A DNA stretch of 64,000 nucleotides from Macrostomum lignano (taxonomy: Eukaryota). The stretch spans positions 62,001 to 126,000 of the forward strand of contig NIVC01002389.1 in NCBI GenBank assembly GCA_002269645.1. The letters are read 5' to 3'. Below are positions 15,771 through 27,612 of this stretch, in pieces. Both the position numbers and the translations under genes were made by a program. How positions within the stretch are numbered: position 1 is the stretch's first letter; each line of letters begins with the position of its first letter. The notes beneath the pieces are model-generated. The model worked only from the letters and a program-made list of their open reading frames with translations, searched no databases and was not told the origin of the DNA.

Positions 15771-16629
15771 TTTCTCTTTGAGCTCGGTCTGCAAGTAGGC
15801 GTCAGATGACCGGTCGAGAGTGGCAAAATCAATCAATCATCACCCCGACTTGCAATTGGCACAAGTTCTGACATTGCCATTAGGTTTTAGAACGCAGACA
15901 ATCGGGAACGCCCAATTGCCTTCCGTCACTGGCTCAGAGGTGTCACACTACGGAACCAAGTCAACTGTGCGAAACGTGTCTCTGTGACTCCACGTGGGCA
16001 GCGAACTCTCCCAGGGTTCTTATGATTTGCTCAACGCTGGGCGTCCAACTGCCTCCCAGTGGTCCCTTAGGATGAGGCTTCATGAGGCTGATGAACCGGA
16101 AGTTCCGGTGCTGCAATTGTCCCGTTGAGCCGCGGTTCCAGTAGCATCCAGTGACACAGTGGGTGTACTTTGGTACTCCATATCCTGCTGAAAGGCGGAT
16201 TCTCCGTCAGTTTTTTTCCCGCCGTGGTTTTGCCGTCAATATTTGACAGCTGATGTACAAGGGATTTATTCAAAAGACTACTGTCAAGCATCTAAGTAGT
16301 ACAAAGCGAAAATTCATAAGTTTTGCCAGCTGAAAAGACAACTGCAAAGGACTTTTAGTGTCGCAAACAAAGGAGCAGACGGATTGGAAACGGAAAGAAC
16401 AACTCATCATTTTCCAGCGGGGCCGAGGTGAGACTGGGACAGCTTCTTTCGGACACCACTTCATCTGCATCGTATTCTTTGCTGCTTTGCACGACTCCCC
16501 ATAATTTGTGTAAGTTTTCCCGCCAACTGGTGAATCTTTTCATAGCAACCGGCTGCATGGCCAGTGGGAAGACAGAAAAGATGACCAACAGTTCCGGTGT
16601 CTCTTTCATCAGCTTTATGTTTTAATTGC

Positions 16630-17137
16630 TTTATCTTGCATTCTCCCTGCATTCTCCCTGCATTATACCTAATTTTTCTATGCATTCTCCCTGTATTCTC
16701 CTTGCATTCTCCCTGCATTCTCCCAGCATTCTCCTGCATTCTCCTGCATTCTCCCTGCATTCTCCTGCATTCTCCCTGCATTCTCCCTACATTCTCCATG
16801 CATTCTCCCTGCATTCTCCCTGCATTCTCCTGCATTCTCCCTGCATTCTCCCTGCATTATACCTGCATTCTCCTGCATTCTCCCTACATTCTCTCTGCAT
16901 TCTCCCTACATTCTCCTGCATTCTCCCTGCATTCTCCCTGCATTATACCTGCATTCTCCTGCATTCTCCTGCATTCTCCCTGCCTTCTCCCTGCATTCTC
17001 CCTGCATTCTCTCTGCATTCTCCCTGCATTCTCCCTGCATTCTCCCTGCATTCTCCTGCATTCTCTCTGCATTCTCCCTGCATTCTCCTGCATTCTCCTG
17101 CATTCTCCTGCATTCTCCCTGCATTCTCTCCTGCATT
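16630..17137. repeat. 10/11-bp degenerate repeat (CTGCATTCTCC)
   Basis: Direct inspection. Confidence 0.9.
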
Positions 17138-17724
17138 CTAAATTCGAGCTTAAGCCGCAGACGCAGATCCTCAGTTCCCAGGTAATCTCATCGCTGAGTG
17201 GTTAATTATTGTCCGAATATCCCCTCTCAATGCGTCACCTGCCCGGTGCAGCTTTAAGCTGTCAAGCAGACGCGAGAGGATCGGAGAGAGCAGGGGAAAT
17301 ACTGGCCACCCAGAGGAGCAGGACGTGGGCGCTCAAGGTCTCATCGCTAATTAAAGGCAATTCCTTTGCGGCACTCACGCGCAGCTGTGGGAGACGCAAA
17401 GAGGCGCCAAATTTCCGAGGAGGAACTGAGATGGGATGGGAAAACGGGACGCTGCTCGGGACCAGCAATTTCTTCATCTTCTAGCTGAGCATCTGTCTGC
17501 CTCTGCGCAGCCTCCCATCTGCCTCATTAGCGTGAGAGGGAAAAGCGCCTCAGCCTGCCATCCTCATGCAGCGCCTCTCTCTCTCTCTCCAGTGCGTGCA
17601 AGTCAGCTGGATTCGGGCACCTTTTCTTCTTTTTAAAGCAATTTGCTCCAGAAATAAAACTGGATTTTGTAGGGACTGTCTTGAGGCTGGGGGACTGGCT
17701 TGACCTCACGACCTCAAGAAAATA

Positions 17725-17891
17725 TGGTTAGTTAATTAGTTGGTTAGTTAGTCAGTTAGTTAGTTAGCTAGCTAGTTAGTTAGTTAATTAGTTAGTTAGT
17801 TAGTTAGTTCGTTAGTTCGTTAGTTAGTTCGTTAGTTCGTTAGTTAGTTAGCTAGTTAATTAGTTAGTTAGTTAGTTAGTTAGCTAGTTAA

Positions 17892-17925
<34 letters not shown>

Positions 17926-17987
17926 CGTTAGTTAGTTCGTTAGTTCGTTAGTTAGTTCGTTAGCTCGTTAGTTAGTTAGCTAGTTAA

Positions 17988-18031
<44 letters not shown>

Positions 18032-18051
18032 CTAGTTAGTTAGTTAGTTAA

Positions 18052-18083
<32 letters not shown>

Positions 18084-18091
18084 CTAGTTAA

Positions 18092-18165
<74 letters not shown>

Positions 18166-18191
18166 GGTTAGTTAGTTAGTTAGTTAGTTAA

Positions 18192-18229
<38 letters not shown>

Positions 18230-18251
18230 CGCTAGTTAGTTAGCTAGTTAA

Positions 18252-18327
<76 letters not shown>

Positions 18328-18340
18328 CTAGTTAGTTAGC
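17725..18340. repeat. (GTTA)n microsatellite with GCTA/ATTA/GTTC variants
   Basis: Direct inspection. Confidence 0.95.
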
Positions 18341-19014
18341 AAGGGTTCCAATTCAACTTTGCTCGTAACAGCTAGCTAGCTGATGGCTTCGAACTCCTCC
18401 TAGGATTAGCGACAATCACGCGGGATATTTTCTAACTTCATCAGTAATTCCTAACCTCCCACCCCATTCGCATGAGGATTTTGCCCCCGCGCTTAGCTCC
18501 TTGCATTTGGAAAAAAATTGCCGAGTCGAGCATGTCCGGGATGAGATTCGAGCCGGGGTGACGGGCTTGGCTACAAGTTTCCTTGTTCGAATCCGCTTCC
18601 CTCCTTCCTTGTCTGCCGGATTAACTCGGGAATCAAGGATTAATCCCGGGTCGAGTGGGATATCGAGTTTCGAGTTTTGTCCTCAGAGGCCGAGAGCCTA
18701 AATGTGAGCTCATGTGAGCTATGTTTTTCGAGCAGGTCGTATTGAGGAAGCGCGCTTCTCTTTGTCAAAGGCCGATACAATGGATCGGAGAGGCAGGTGA
18801 GCGCCAGAGCGATACCAGAAGCCTATTGATAACCAGTAGAAACAAAAGCTTGCAAAGCAGATCAGCTCGAGTTAAAAGCAATTTTGCCAGAACGCTGTCT
18901 CAACGCTATTCTGGATAGAAAAACAGATAGATTTGATTGCTTTTTAAATTTTTTTTGAAGACTAATCAAGCATCTGCTCAGGAACGCTGTTACTATTTTT
19001 AGAAACCTTCTACG

Positions 19015-19320
19015 ATGACGTCACAATCTTAGAGTATTTAAAGTACATTTGTCCTGTGACGTCACAATTAAATCAACATTCATAGTACATTTGACCGGTG
19101 ACGTCACAATCGAATGACGATTTAAAGAGCATTTGCACGGTGCCGTCACAATCAAATGCCTATTTATAAAACACTTAGTGACATCACAATCAAATGACTA
19201 TTTATAGAAAATCTGCACGGTGACGTCACAATCAAATGCCTATTTATAAAACACTTAGTGACATCACAATCAAATGACTGTTTATAGAAAATCTGTACGG
19301 TGACGTCACAATCAAATCAA
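19015..19320. repeat. ~40-bp tandem repeat (8 units) with a TGACGTCACAATC core
   Basis: Cores near 19017, 19056, 19098, 19140, 19178, 19219, 19258, 19299. Confidence 0.8.
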
Positions 19321-19924
19321 AGCGATGTTAAAGCTGGTTTGTATAGACCCCATTTATAGATTGTACAGTATTCCTGAGCGACAGGTATTTGAGAATCATA
19401 CTCACTCGCTGCGCAACTAACGCCTATCTGTAAGCGTCCATAAGCACTCATGAGCAGTGCGCATTGAGGTGATAAAATACAGAGCTGTTAGCAGAAGCAA
19501 CATCGAAGCCAGGAAATGAGGCTGGATTGGGAACAGCGTCTCAGTTACTTCATCACTGAATCACTGAACGCAGCGAATTTCACCTGTTGCATTTTTGTCC
19601 TCGCCTGCCCTGCCCGGAAGCAGGCCGCTGCACCGGCCGCAGCTTCTGCTTCCGCTTCTTTGTCAAGCTTTTAGAAGAGGCAGACGCTCGGGCTTAGCTT
19701 TGGCAGGCAAACTGCCGGATCTGCTTTGAGCTTCAGAGTTAGAAAGGCATAAGGCTGGGGTAGTTTATTGCCAATAATAATGATAGTAACAACTATAGTA
19801 ACTATATTTAGGCAGAATACTGCCCGAAGCTGGCCTCAATGTGAAAACATTCTTCACAAAAATTGTTAGAACTTTGAAGCGAGTGTTAAAAGTAAGAAGA
19901 GATAAATATTAGCAGAAGGGGCTG

Positions 19925-21500
19925 GGCGGCGATTCTGTGATGTAGTTTGGGGGCGATTCTGTGATGTAGGTTTGGGGCGATTCAGTGATGTAGTTTGGGG
20001 CGATTCTGTGATGTAGTTTGGGGCGATTCTGTGATGTAGTTTGGGGCGATTCAGTGATGTAGTTTGGGGCGATTCTGTGATGTAGTTTGGGGCGATTCTG
20101 TGATGTAGATTGGGGGCGATTCTGTAATGTAGATTGGGGGCGATTCTTTGATGTAGTTTGGGGGCGATTCTGTGATGTAGTTTGGGGTGATTCTGTGATG
20201 TAGTTTGGGGGCGATTCAGTGATGTAGGTTTGGGGGCGATTCTGTGATGTAGTTTGGGGCGATTCTGTGATGTAGTTTGGGGGCGATTCTGTGATGTCGT
20301 TTGGGGCGATTCAGTGATGTAGTTTGGGGGCGATTCAGTGATGTAGTTTGGGGTGATTCTGTGATGTAGTTTGGAGCGATTCTGTGATGTCGTTTGGGGT
20401 GATTCTGTGATGTAGTTTGGGGATGATTCTTTGATGTAGTTTGGGGGCGATTCTGTGATGTAGTTTGGGGTGATTCTGTGATGTAGTTTGGGGTGATTCT
20501 GTGATGTAGTTTGGGGGCGATTCAGTGATGCAGGTTTGGGGCGATTCTGTGATGTAGGTTTGGGGCGATTCTGTGATGTAGATTGGGGGCGATTCTTTGA
20601 TGTAGATTGGGGGCGATTCTGTGATGTAGATTGGGGGCGATTCTTTGATGTAGTTTGGGGCGATTCTGTGATGTAGTTTGGGGCGATTCAGTGATGTAGT
20701 TTGGGGCGATTCTGTGATGTAGTTTGGGGCGATTCTGTGATGTAGTTTGGGGCGATTCTGTGATGTAGTTTGGGGCGATTCTGTGATGTAGTTTGGGGCG
20801 ATTCTGTGATGTAGTTTGGGGCGATTCTGTGATGTAGATTGGGGGCGATTCTTTGATGTAGATTGGGGGCGATTCTGTGATGTAGATTGGGGGCGATTCT
20901 GTGATGTAGTTTGGGGGCGATTCTGTGATGTAGTTTGGGGGCGATTCTGTGATGTAGTTTGGGGTGATTCTGTGATGTAGTTTGGGGGCGATTCAGTGAT
21001 GCAGGTTTGGGGGCGATTCTGTGATGTAGATTGGGGGCGATTCTGTGATGTAGTTTGGGGTGATTCTGTGATGTAGTTTGGGGGCGATTCAGTGATGCAG
21101 GTTTGGGGGCGATTCTGTGATGTAGGTTTGGGGGCAATTCTGTGATGTAGGTTTGGGGGCGATTCTGTGATGTAGGTTTGGGGGCGATTCTGTGATGTAG
21201 GTTTGGGGGCAATTCTGTGATGTAGGTTTGGGGGCGATTCTGTGATGTAGTTTGGGGTGATTCTGTGATGTAGTTTGGGGGCGATTCTGTGATGTAGTTT
21301 GGGGGCGATTCTGTGATGTAGTTTGGGGGCGATTCTGTGATGTAGTTTGGGGGCGATTCTGTGATGTAGATTGGGGTGATTCTGTGATGTAGTTTGGGGG
21401 CGATTCTGTGATGTAGATTGGGGTGATTCTGTGATGTAGTTTGGGGTGATTCTGTGATGTAGTTTGGGGGCGATTCTGTGATGTAGATTGGGGCGATTTT
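19925..21500. repeat. 23-25-bp minisatellite GGCGATTCTGTGATGTAGTTTGGG
   Basis: Direct inspection; unit length varies through the G-run. Confidence 0.95.
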
Positions 21501-22678
21501 GGGATATTTGGGAGCGACTCTCGAAATAACGAGTACATATATTTGACAATGGCCGACTGAGATTCCAATAATTCACTAATCGCTTTATAACTGTCACTGC
21601 AAAATACTTCGAATTTTTCCGATTTTCTTATTGTTGCTTTTTTATTGCCAGCAAATTTGTTCAACTCTCCATCGATTTTCTCTCTTCTACTCGTATATTT
21701 CACGACGCTCTCGCGCCTCCTATTCACAGATAGCTGGACCGCAAATCCTAGCCCCAAACCCTAGCCCAAGCCGTTTAACCATAGCCCTTTAGCCCTAGCC
21801 TTAAACAATGGTTTTCAAGTTACAAAACAATAATATAATAATTTTCATAGCTTCACGCGACAGAGCGAGCAAAAGATGCAGAATTTGCATGCTCATTACT
21901 ATTCATAAATATATATTTAACACAGTAGAGAAGTTCTGATAACACAGGCAGTCGGTGCAGAAGCCCTGACAGTTGAAGAAGGCGGGAAATACACAGGGGG
22001 GAGCGGGAGGGAGAGTGAGATGGAGGTAGCAGTGGGACTCCAGCAGGTTGAGCATTCTGATGCAATAAAAGTGCAACACAAGCAATAGCAGGGAGCATGC
22101 TGGGGGGACAGTGAAGTGTGGCTGACGATACAAACACATGGCAAAGTACAAGCACAGCGAACCCGTGGCGCTCGATCACAGCGTAATGGAATGCTAAACC
22201 GCGTGAACACAAACAAGTAGAACTGGTATCACAGAACCCGAGATCACCTTCTGGAGCTGGCGAGCACTGCCAACTAGCGAAAGGGGAAATAAAATTTGGG
22301 AAGCAAAAAGCCACAGCCTTTAAAAAGAGAAAAAAAACGCAACGGCGAAAAAATAGAAAGAGAAAATTTGTTGCAGAAATTGGATGAGAACAAAATCATC
22401 TCAAGGACGGTAGAAGGGTCTCTGCTCACAGAGTTAAAGGACGGAACAACAGGAGAGTCGAGTGGTTCAAGTGCGAACGTCTCAAACTATAACTATAATA
22501 AGTAAAACTGAGAACAGGCAAAGCAACTGAACAGCTTTGCAAAATAAGACAAAATATTCATATATACGTGAACAGGCCATCGCGGAGCATTAGCTGAATT
22601 AAAACAAATCTAACAGGCCCAATTGGCCCCAAGGAAGCACCCAAGGATTGATTTATTAACACGGGCCCGGGCGGCATT

Positions 22679-23155
22679 TCAGTTCTGATCTCTGCAGCCT
22701 GCCGACGCTGCCGTCCTTGTCGTTGGCTGCTGGGAGGCGGCCGGCGGCCTGGGCGGCAACCCGTTGGTGCGGCCGAACCTGCTGAGCCAGGCCCTGTGCT
22801 GCGCCAGCTTGTCCTCCGTGCTGCTGCCAGCCTGCTGCTGATGAGGCTGATGATGAGGCTGATGATGCAGCAGCCGGTTGGCACTTGTTGATGGCAGCGG
22901 CTGGGAGACAGGAGAGGCGGCTGATGACGAGGTTGACACCGAGGGAGACGCGGAGCTGCTGTGGCTCTGCTGGTGCTGCAGCTGGTGGTGACCCAGGGCG
23001 CCGCCCAGGCCATTGGGCAGCGACGGCTTTCTGTCCAGCAGCTGCCGCAGCGGGGCGGCCGGGGGCGCCGCGGCGCCGACTTTGCGCCAGTCGATGTGGT
23101 GGCGCGGCTGGCGCAGGTAGGGATTGCCGAGGGAGGAGGCGGCGGCCGCGGAGGC

Positions 23156-23187
<32 letters not shown>

Positions 23188-23377
23188 ATGGAGGGCGATA
23201 GCCGGCTGCGGCGGAGGCTGCGGTCGGTACAGCAGGCTCGATAGGCGGCCCAAGTCGCTGTTGAGACGGCTCAACGAGCTGGCCACAGCGCCGCTGCTGC
23301 TGTCAACGCCACCACCGCCAATGCCGACGCTGCCATGGCGACTGCCGACGCTGCCGCGGACTCCGTTGATGCGATCG
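22679..23377 (-). CDS. CEP164: Probable terminal coding exon of CEP164 (contains an apparent frameshift)
   Basis: TTTGCAG acceptor at 23378 is phase-2 compatible with the donor at 27612. It reads ...SSLSRLNSDLGRLSSLL..., and a second frame reads ...EDKLAQHRAWLSRF...QN*. Both resemble, from memory, C-terminal helices of vertebrate CEP164. Additional exons in 24-27 kb are not excluded. Confidence 0.55.
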
Positions 23378-23407
23378 CTGCAAATTCGAGTGAAGGCAAA
23401 AGTTAGA

Positions 23408-24120
23408 GCAATGTCTAGCTTCAGGGACACTGAACCCTCAGGGCAATGTCTAGCTTCAGGGACACTGAACCCTCAGGGCAATGTCTAGCTTCAGGGACAC
23501 TGAACCCTCAGGGCAATGTCAAGCTTCAGGGACACTGAACCCTCAGGGCAATGTCTAGCTTCAGGGACACTGAACCCTCAGGGCAATGTCTAGCTTCAGG
23601 GACACTGAACCCTCAGGGCAATGTCTAGCTTCAGGGACACTGAACCCTCAGGGCAATGTCAAGCTTCAGGGACACTGAACCCTCAGGGCAATGTCAAGCT
23701 TCAGGGACACTGAACCCTCAGGCAATGTCTAGCTTCAGGGACACTGAACCCTCAGGGCAATGTCTAGCTTCAGGGACACTGAACCCTCAGGGCAATGTCA
23801 AGCTTCAGGGACACTGAACCCTCAGGGCAATGTCAAGCTTCAGGGACACTGAACCCCCAGACAATGTCTAGCTTCAGGGACACTGAACCCTCAGACAATG
23901 TCTAGCTTCAGGGACACTGAACCCTCAGACAATGTCTAGCTTCAGGGACACTGAACCCTCAGGTAATGTCAAGCTTCAGGGACACTGAACCCTCAGGCAA
24001 TGTCAAGCTTCAGGGACACTGAACCCTCAGGTAATGTCAAGCTTCAGGGACACTGAACCCTCAGGCAATGTCAAGCTTCAGGGACACTGAACCCTCAGGG
24101 CAATGTCTAGCTTCAGGGAA
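23408..24120. repeat. 35-bp minisatellite CAATGTCTAGCTTCAGGGACACTGAACCCTCAGGG, ~20 copies, intronic
   Basis: Head-to-tail units with no spacers. Confidence 0.95.
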
Positions 24121-25124
24121 CCTGAAATTTACGGAAATTAGAAGAAACCTTCCAAGCCTTTCATTCTATAAAAACTGAGGAAAGTTCAATATTAGTTCAG
24201 TAACCAAATGAAGGTTAGGCTCTCCCGCCTATCGAACCAAAAGCATTGTTAAGCCCAGGCAAGCAGGAGAAAACAGGGTGAAGCCAGGAGGCTGGGGCGA
24301 GGAACTGGCTGGCTCCTTGGAGGCGAGGGTTGGGGCCGATTGTTGACCCACACAGACCGCCATTCACTCCCTACGCTAAAAAAACGCACTCTTTCTTCAT
24401 TATTAGTCAGTCTAACTAGCAAGGCCAAAATGCTTCAAGTACATTTCTCTGCCCCCAATCTGCCTGATACATGCCTGAGCTGGTAGTAGAGGACGCGGAT
24501 GGCAGTGGCTGGGAGGGAGGGAGAGCAGAGCGGGTGCTGGCCTGTAGAAAACTGCTGCAGAAACCCTCGCAGTGGCAGCGGAAGTCTCTGCCGCAGAGCT
24601 CAGGCTGAAATACCTCAACTAGCCAAAATAAGTCCCGCATCTCGCTCGCCCCCCCCCCACGCTCAGCATCCGCATGCCGCATCGCTGGGAGGATTTCTAC
24701 GCGCGTTGGCAAGGATTTCTATGGAAGAGAGGAGGAGGGAAAAGATTGAGGAGAGGAAAACAGACCTCCCCCCCCATCTGCTGAGCCCCGTGCAGGCGGC
24801 AAACGCAGCTGCGGCGGCAGTACTGTAACTCAGTAATTGCCCTCTCACAGCAGTGCAGATTGCTAGGGGCAGATTTCAAATCCGTATTATTCCCACTGCC
24901 AGATACGTGGGGAGTCTCCTACCTGCATTCCTGTGCAGTGCTTGACTCAGGTCGCTTACTAGCCCGGCTGCTTTCATTTGATTTTGCCACTCAATGCCAT
25001 CCAATTTTTCTCCATCACTTATCTGCTGATCTGCATTGAAGTGCGAAAACAATAGCGGATTCCAGTGCCAACAAGCACACACGCGGGAGAGATGCTAAAA
25101 CTGCTGCCGACAACAGGGAAAGAT

Positions 25125-25445
25125 TAAGGGAGAGAAAGGAAAGATTAAGGGAGAGAGAGGGGAAAGATTAAGTGAGAGAGAGGGAAAGATTGAGGGAGAG
25201 AGAGGGGGGAGATGAAGGGAGAGAGAGAGGGAAAGATGAAGGGAGAGAGGGATAGATGAAGGGAGAGAGAGGGAAAGATGAGGGGGGAGAGAGGTAAAGA
25301 TGAAGGGAGAGAGGGATAGATGAAGGGAGGGAGAGGGATAGATGAAGGGAGAGAGAGGTAAAGATGAAGAGAGAGGAAATATTAAGGGATAGAGGGAAAG
25401 ATGAAGGGAGAGAGGGAAAGATGAAGGGAGAGAGAGAAGGGAGAG
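25125..25445. repeat. GA-rich low-complexity tract
   Basis: Direct inspection. Confidence 0.85.
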
Positions 25446-26039
25446 AGGCAAAGTCAGAGAAACAGAGTAAAATAGAATGCAACGAAAGCCCCCATTCAGG
25501 CACTGGAGTGCAGCCAGGCGAGCGAAACTCAATGCAGTTAACAATTTGAATTTAATCAAAAAATTGCACTGCAGTCTAATCTTGACTTTTCATTCATTAA
25601 AGATAAATTCTGCAGCCGCTGTTTGCTGACTGCCAGCTTCTCATGCAGCAATAAAACAGGTGATAATAAAAATTGAATTAAAAATCTGTCATCGCAGTCC
25701 CATTGTTAACCCTGGGTTTCATTTCCCAATCTCAGCTCCAGGCATTCAGGCGCTGCCAGGTGAAATGCATTGAGCGAGATGAGGATGCCAGATATTGGGT
25801 GTCGCTGCCTGTGCTCAAGGTTCTGCACCGACTGCTGATTTATGATGCGATTGAGTTGTATATAATAAGCATTGAGACAGCCAAGGACTGGCAGTGAGAC
25901 ATTTGATTGCAGACCTGTGCGATTCACTCTAATATGCTCTCTCCCAGCTTCCCTCACAGCATCTCCCACTCTCTGCTCTCCATCTCAGCCCTCTGCTTTT
26001 CGAATTACTCTTTCCTGTTCTTTCCTTCACTCTTGTCTT

Positions 26040-26470
26040 CTCTCCCCTCTTACCCTCTCACCCTCTCCCCACTCTCACCCTCTCCCCACTCTCACCCTCT
26101 CCCCGCTCTCACCCTCTCCCCACTCTCACCCTCTCCCCACTCTCACCCTCTCCCCACTCTTACCCTCTCCCCACTCTCACCCTCTCCCCACTCTCACCCT
26201 CTCACCCTCTCTCCGCTCTCACCCTCTCCCCTCTTTCATCCTCTCCCCACTCTCACCCTCCCCCTCTTTCATCCTCTCCCCACTCTCACCCTCCCCCTCT
26301 TTCATCCTCTCCCCACTCTCACCCTCCCCCTCTTTCATCCTCTCCCCACTCTCACCCTCCCCCTCTTTCATCCTCTCCCCACTCTCACCCTACCCCTCTT
26401 TCACCCTCTCCCCTCTCTCACCCTCCATCCCTTACCCTCTCGCCTCTCTCGTCTCCCCCTCTTACCCTCC
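26040..26470. repeat. CT-rich low-complexity tract (CTCTCACCCTCTCCCCA-like)
   Basis: Direct inspection. Confidence 0.85.
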
Positions 26471-26976
26471 CTCTTTCCATCTCTACCTTTATTTTCTCCC
26501 CCTATACCTTTTCCACTCATATCGCTCTGCGGCTCACTGATCCCTTTTCTCTCCTCGCCTTTCACTTTTTTTTCTATTCCTTCAGTTTGTTCCTATCACC
26601 ATCCTCCCTTTCACTTTTACCTCACTCTTTTGTTCCCGTTATAAGTGAAATACTTTCAAGTTGAGCCAACAATTTCGATCCGTGCACTACATTGTCTTGT
26701 TATGATAGAATCCAGCAGTTCAAAAGTGCTTGAACACCCCAGCTATGCCAATATTAGCGAGCTGTTAATAGTTAATTACTTCAAACACGTCCAAAAATTT
26801 TTCCATTCTATTGAGCGACTGCTTGACACAGTGGGACAGATTGGGGAGCCTTCAAAACAGGATATTGAAAACTTGCGGGGAATGGGATTTCACCTCTGCC
26901 TGTATTTGAGTCACTCAGCTCAGCTAAGAATTCTGAGAGCTTCTTGAAGTGAACAATTTTTTGCATAAAATTTAGT

Positions 26977-27322
26977 GTCTCTACCTGAATCTCTTCTAGT
27001 CTCTACCTGAATCTCTTCTAGTCTCTACCTGAATCTCTTCTAGTCTCTACCTGAATCTCTTCTAGTCTCTACCTGAATCTCTTCTAGTCTCTACCTGAAT
27101 CTCTTCTAGTCTCTACCTGAATCTCTTCTAGTCTCTACCTGAATCTCTTCTAGTCTCTACCTGAATCTCTTCTAGTCTCTACCTGAATCTCTTCTAGTCT
27201 CTACCTGAATCTCTTCTAGTCTCTACCTGAATCTCTTCTAGTCTCTACTTGAATCTTTTTTTAGTCTCTACCTGAATCTCTGTCAGTCTTCACCTGAATC
27301 TCTTCTAGTCTCAACCTGAATC
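26977..27322. repeat. 22-bp minisatellite GTCTCTACCTGAATCTCTTCTA, ~15 copies
   Basis: Direct inspection. Confidence 0.95.
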
Positions 27323-27612
27323 TTTATCAGTATATGTGAACTTTTTACCAAGATGTTTTCCTCCTGTTAGTGTTTACTACTAAACCCAAACCAGACAGCC
27401 CCAGACGACATAAAAGCTGACAGGTCACAAAAGCAATGTGAGAGTAAATAAACAACAATGGAACTGCACTAATAAATTGAGCTACACCCACTTAGGCAAT
27501 AAAAACTGTGAATTTTCCACTCTCGCTGCAAGGGAGGGGCAGCGAGGAAAGCAGAACAAACTCCAACAATGTCTAAATATGCAGACAAGGCCAATAAAAG
27601 TGCAAAGCTCAC

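Noticed and set aside
16067-16609. Two short minus-strand ORFs with protein-like composition
   Set aside because: No recognisable motif or splice context; insufficient support.
15162-17205. Repetitive ORFs (SPIESPCS, MQENAGR, etc.)
   Set aside because: Satellite-derived artefacts, open in several frames on both strands.
20335-21757. 420-aa and 222-aa minus-strand ORFs
   Set aside because: Mostly the 23-25-bp minisatellite; the short unique N-termini have no recognisable motif.
23408-24120. 35-bp partly palindromic repeat resembling a CRISPR direct repeat
   Set aside because: Units are head-to-tail with no unique spacers, there are no cas genes, and the context is a eukaryotic intron.
24412-24880. 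Possible internal CEP164 exon(s)
   Set aside because: A phase-compatible acceptor exists near 24600, but there is no convincing GT donor or homology; left unannotated.
26645-26947. 100-aa plus-strand ORF inside the CEP164 intron
   Set aside because: Non-ATG start and no recognisable domain.
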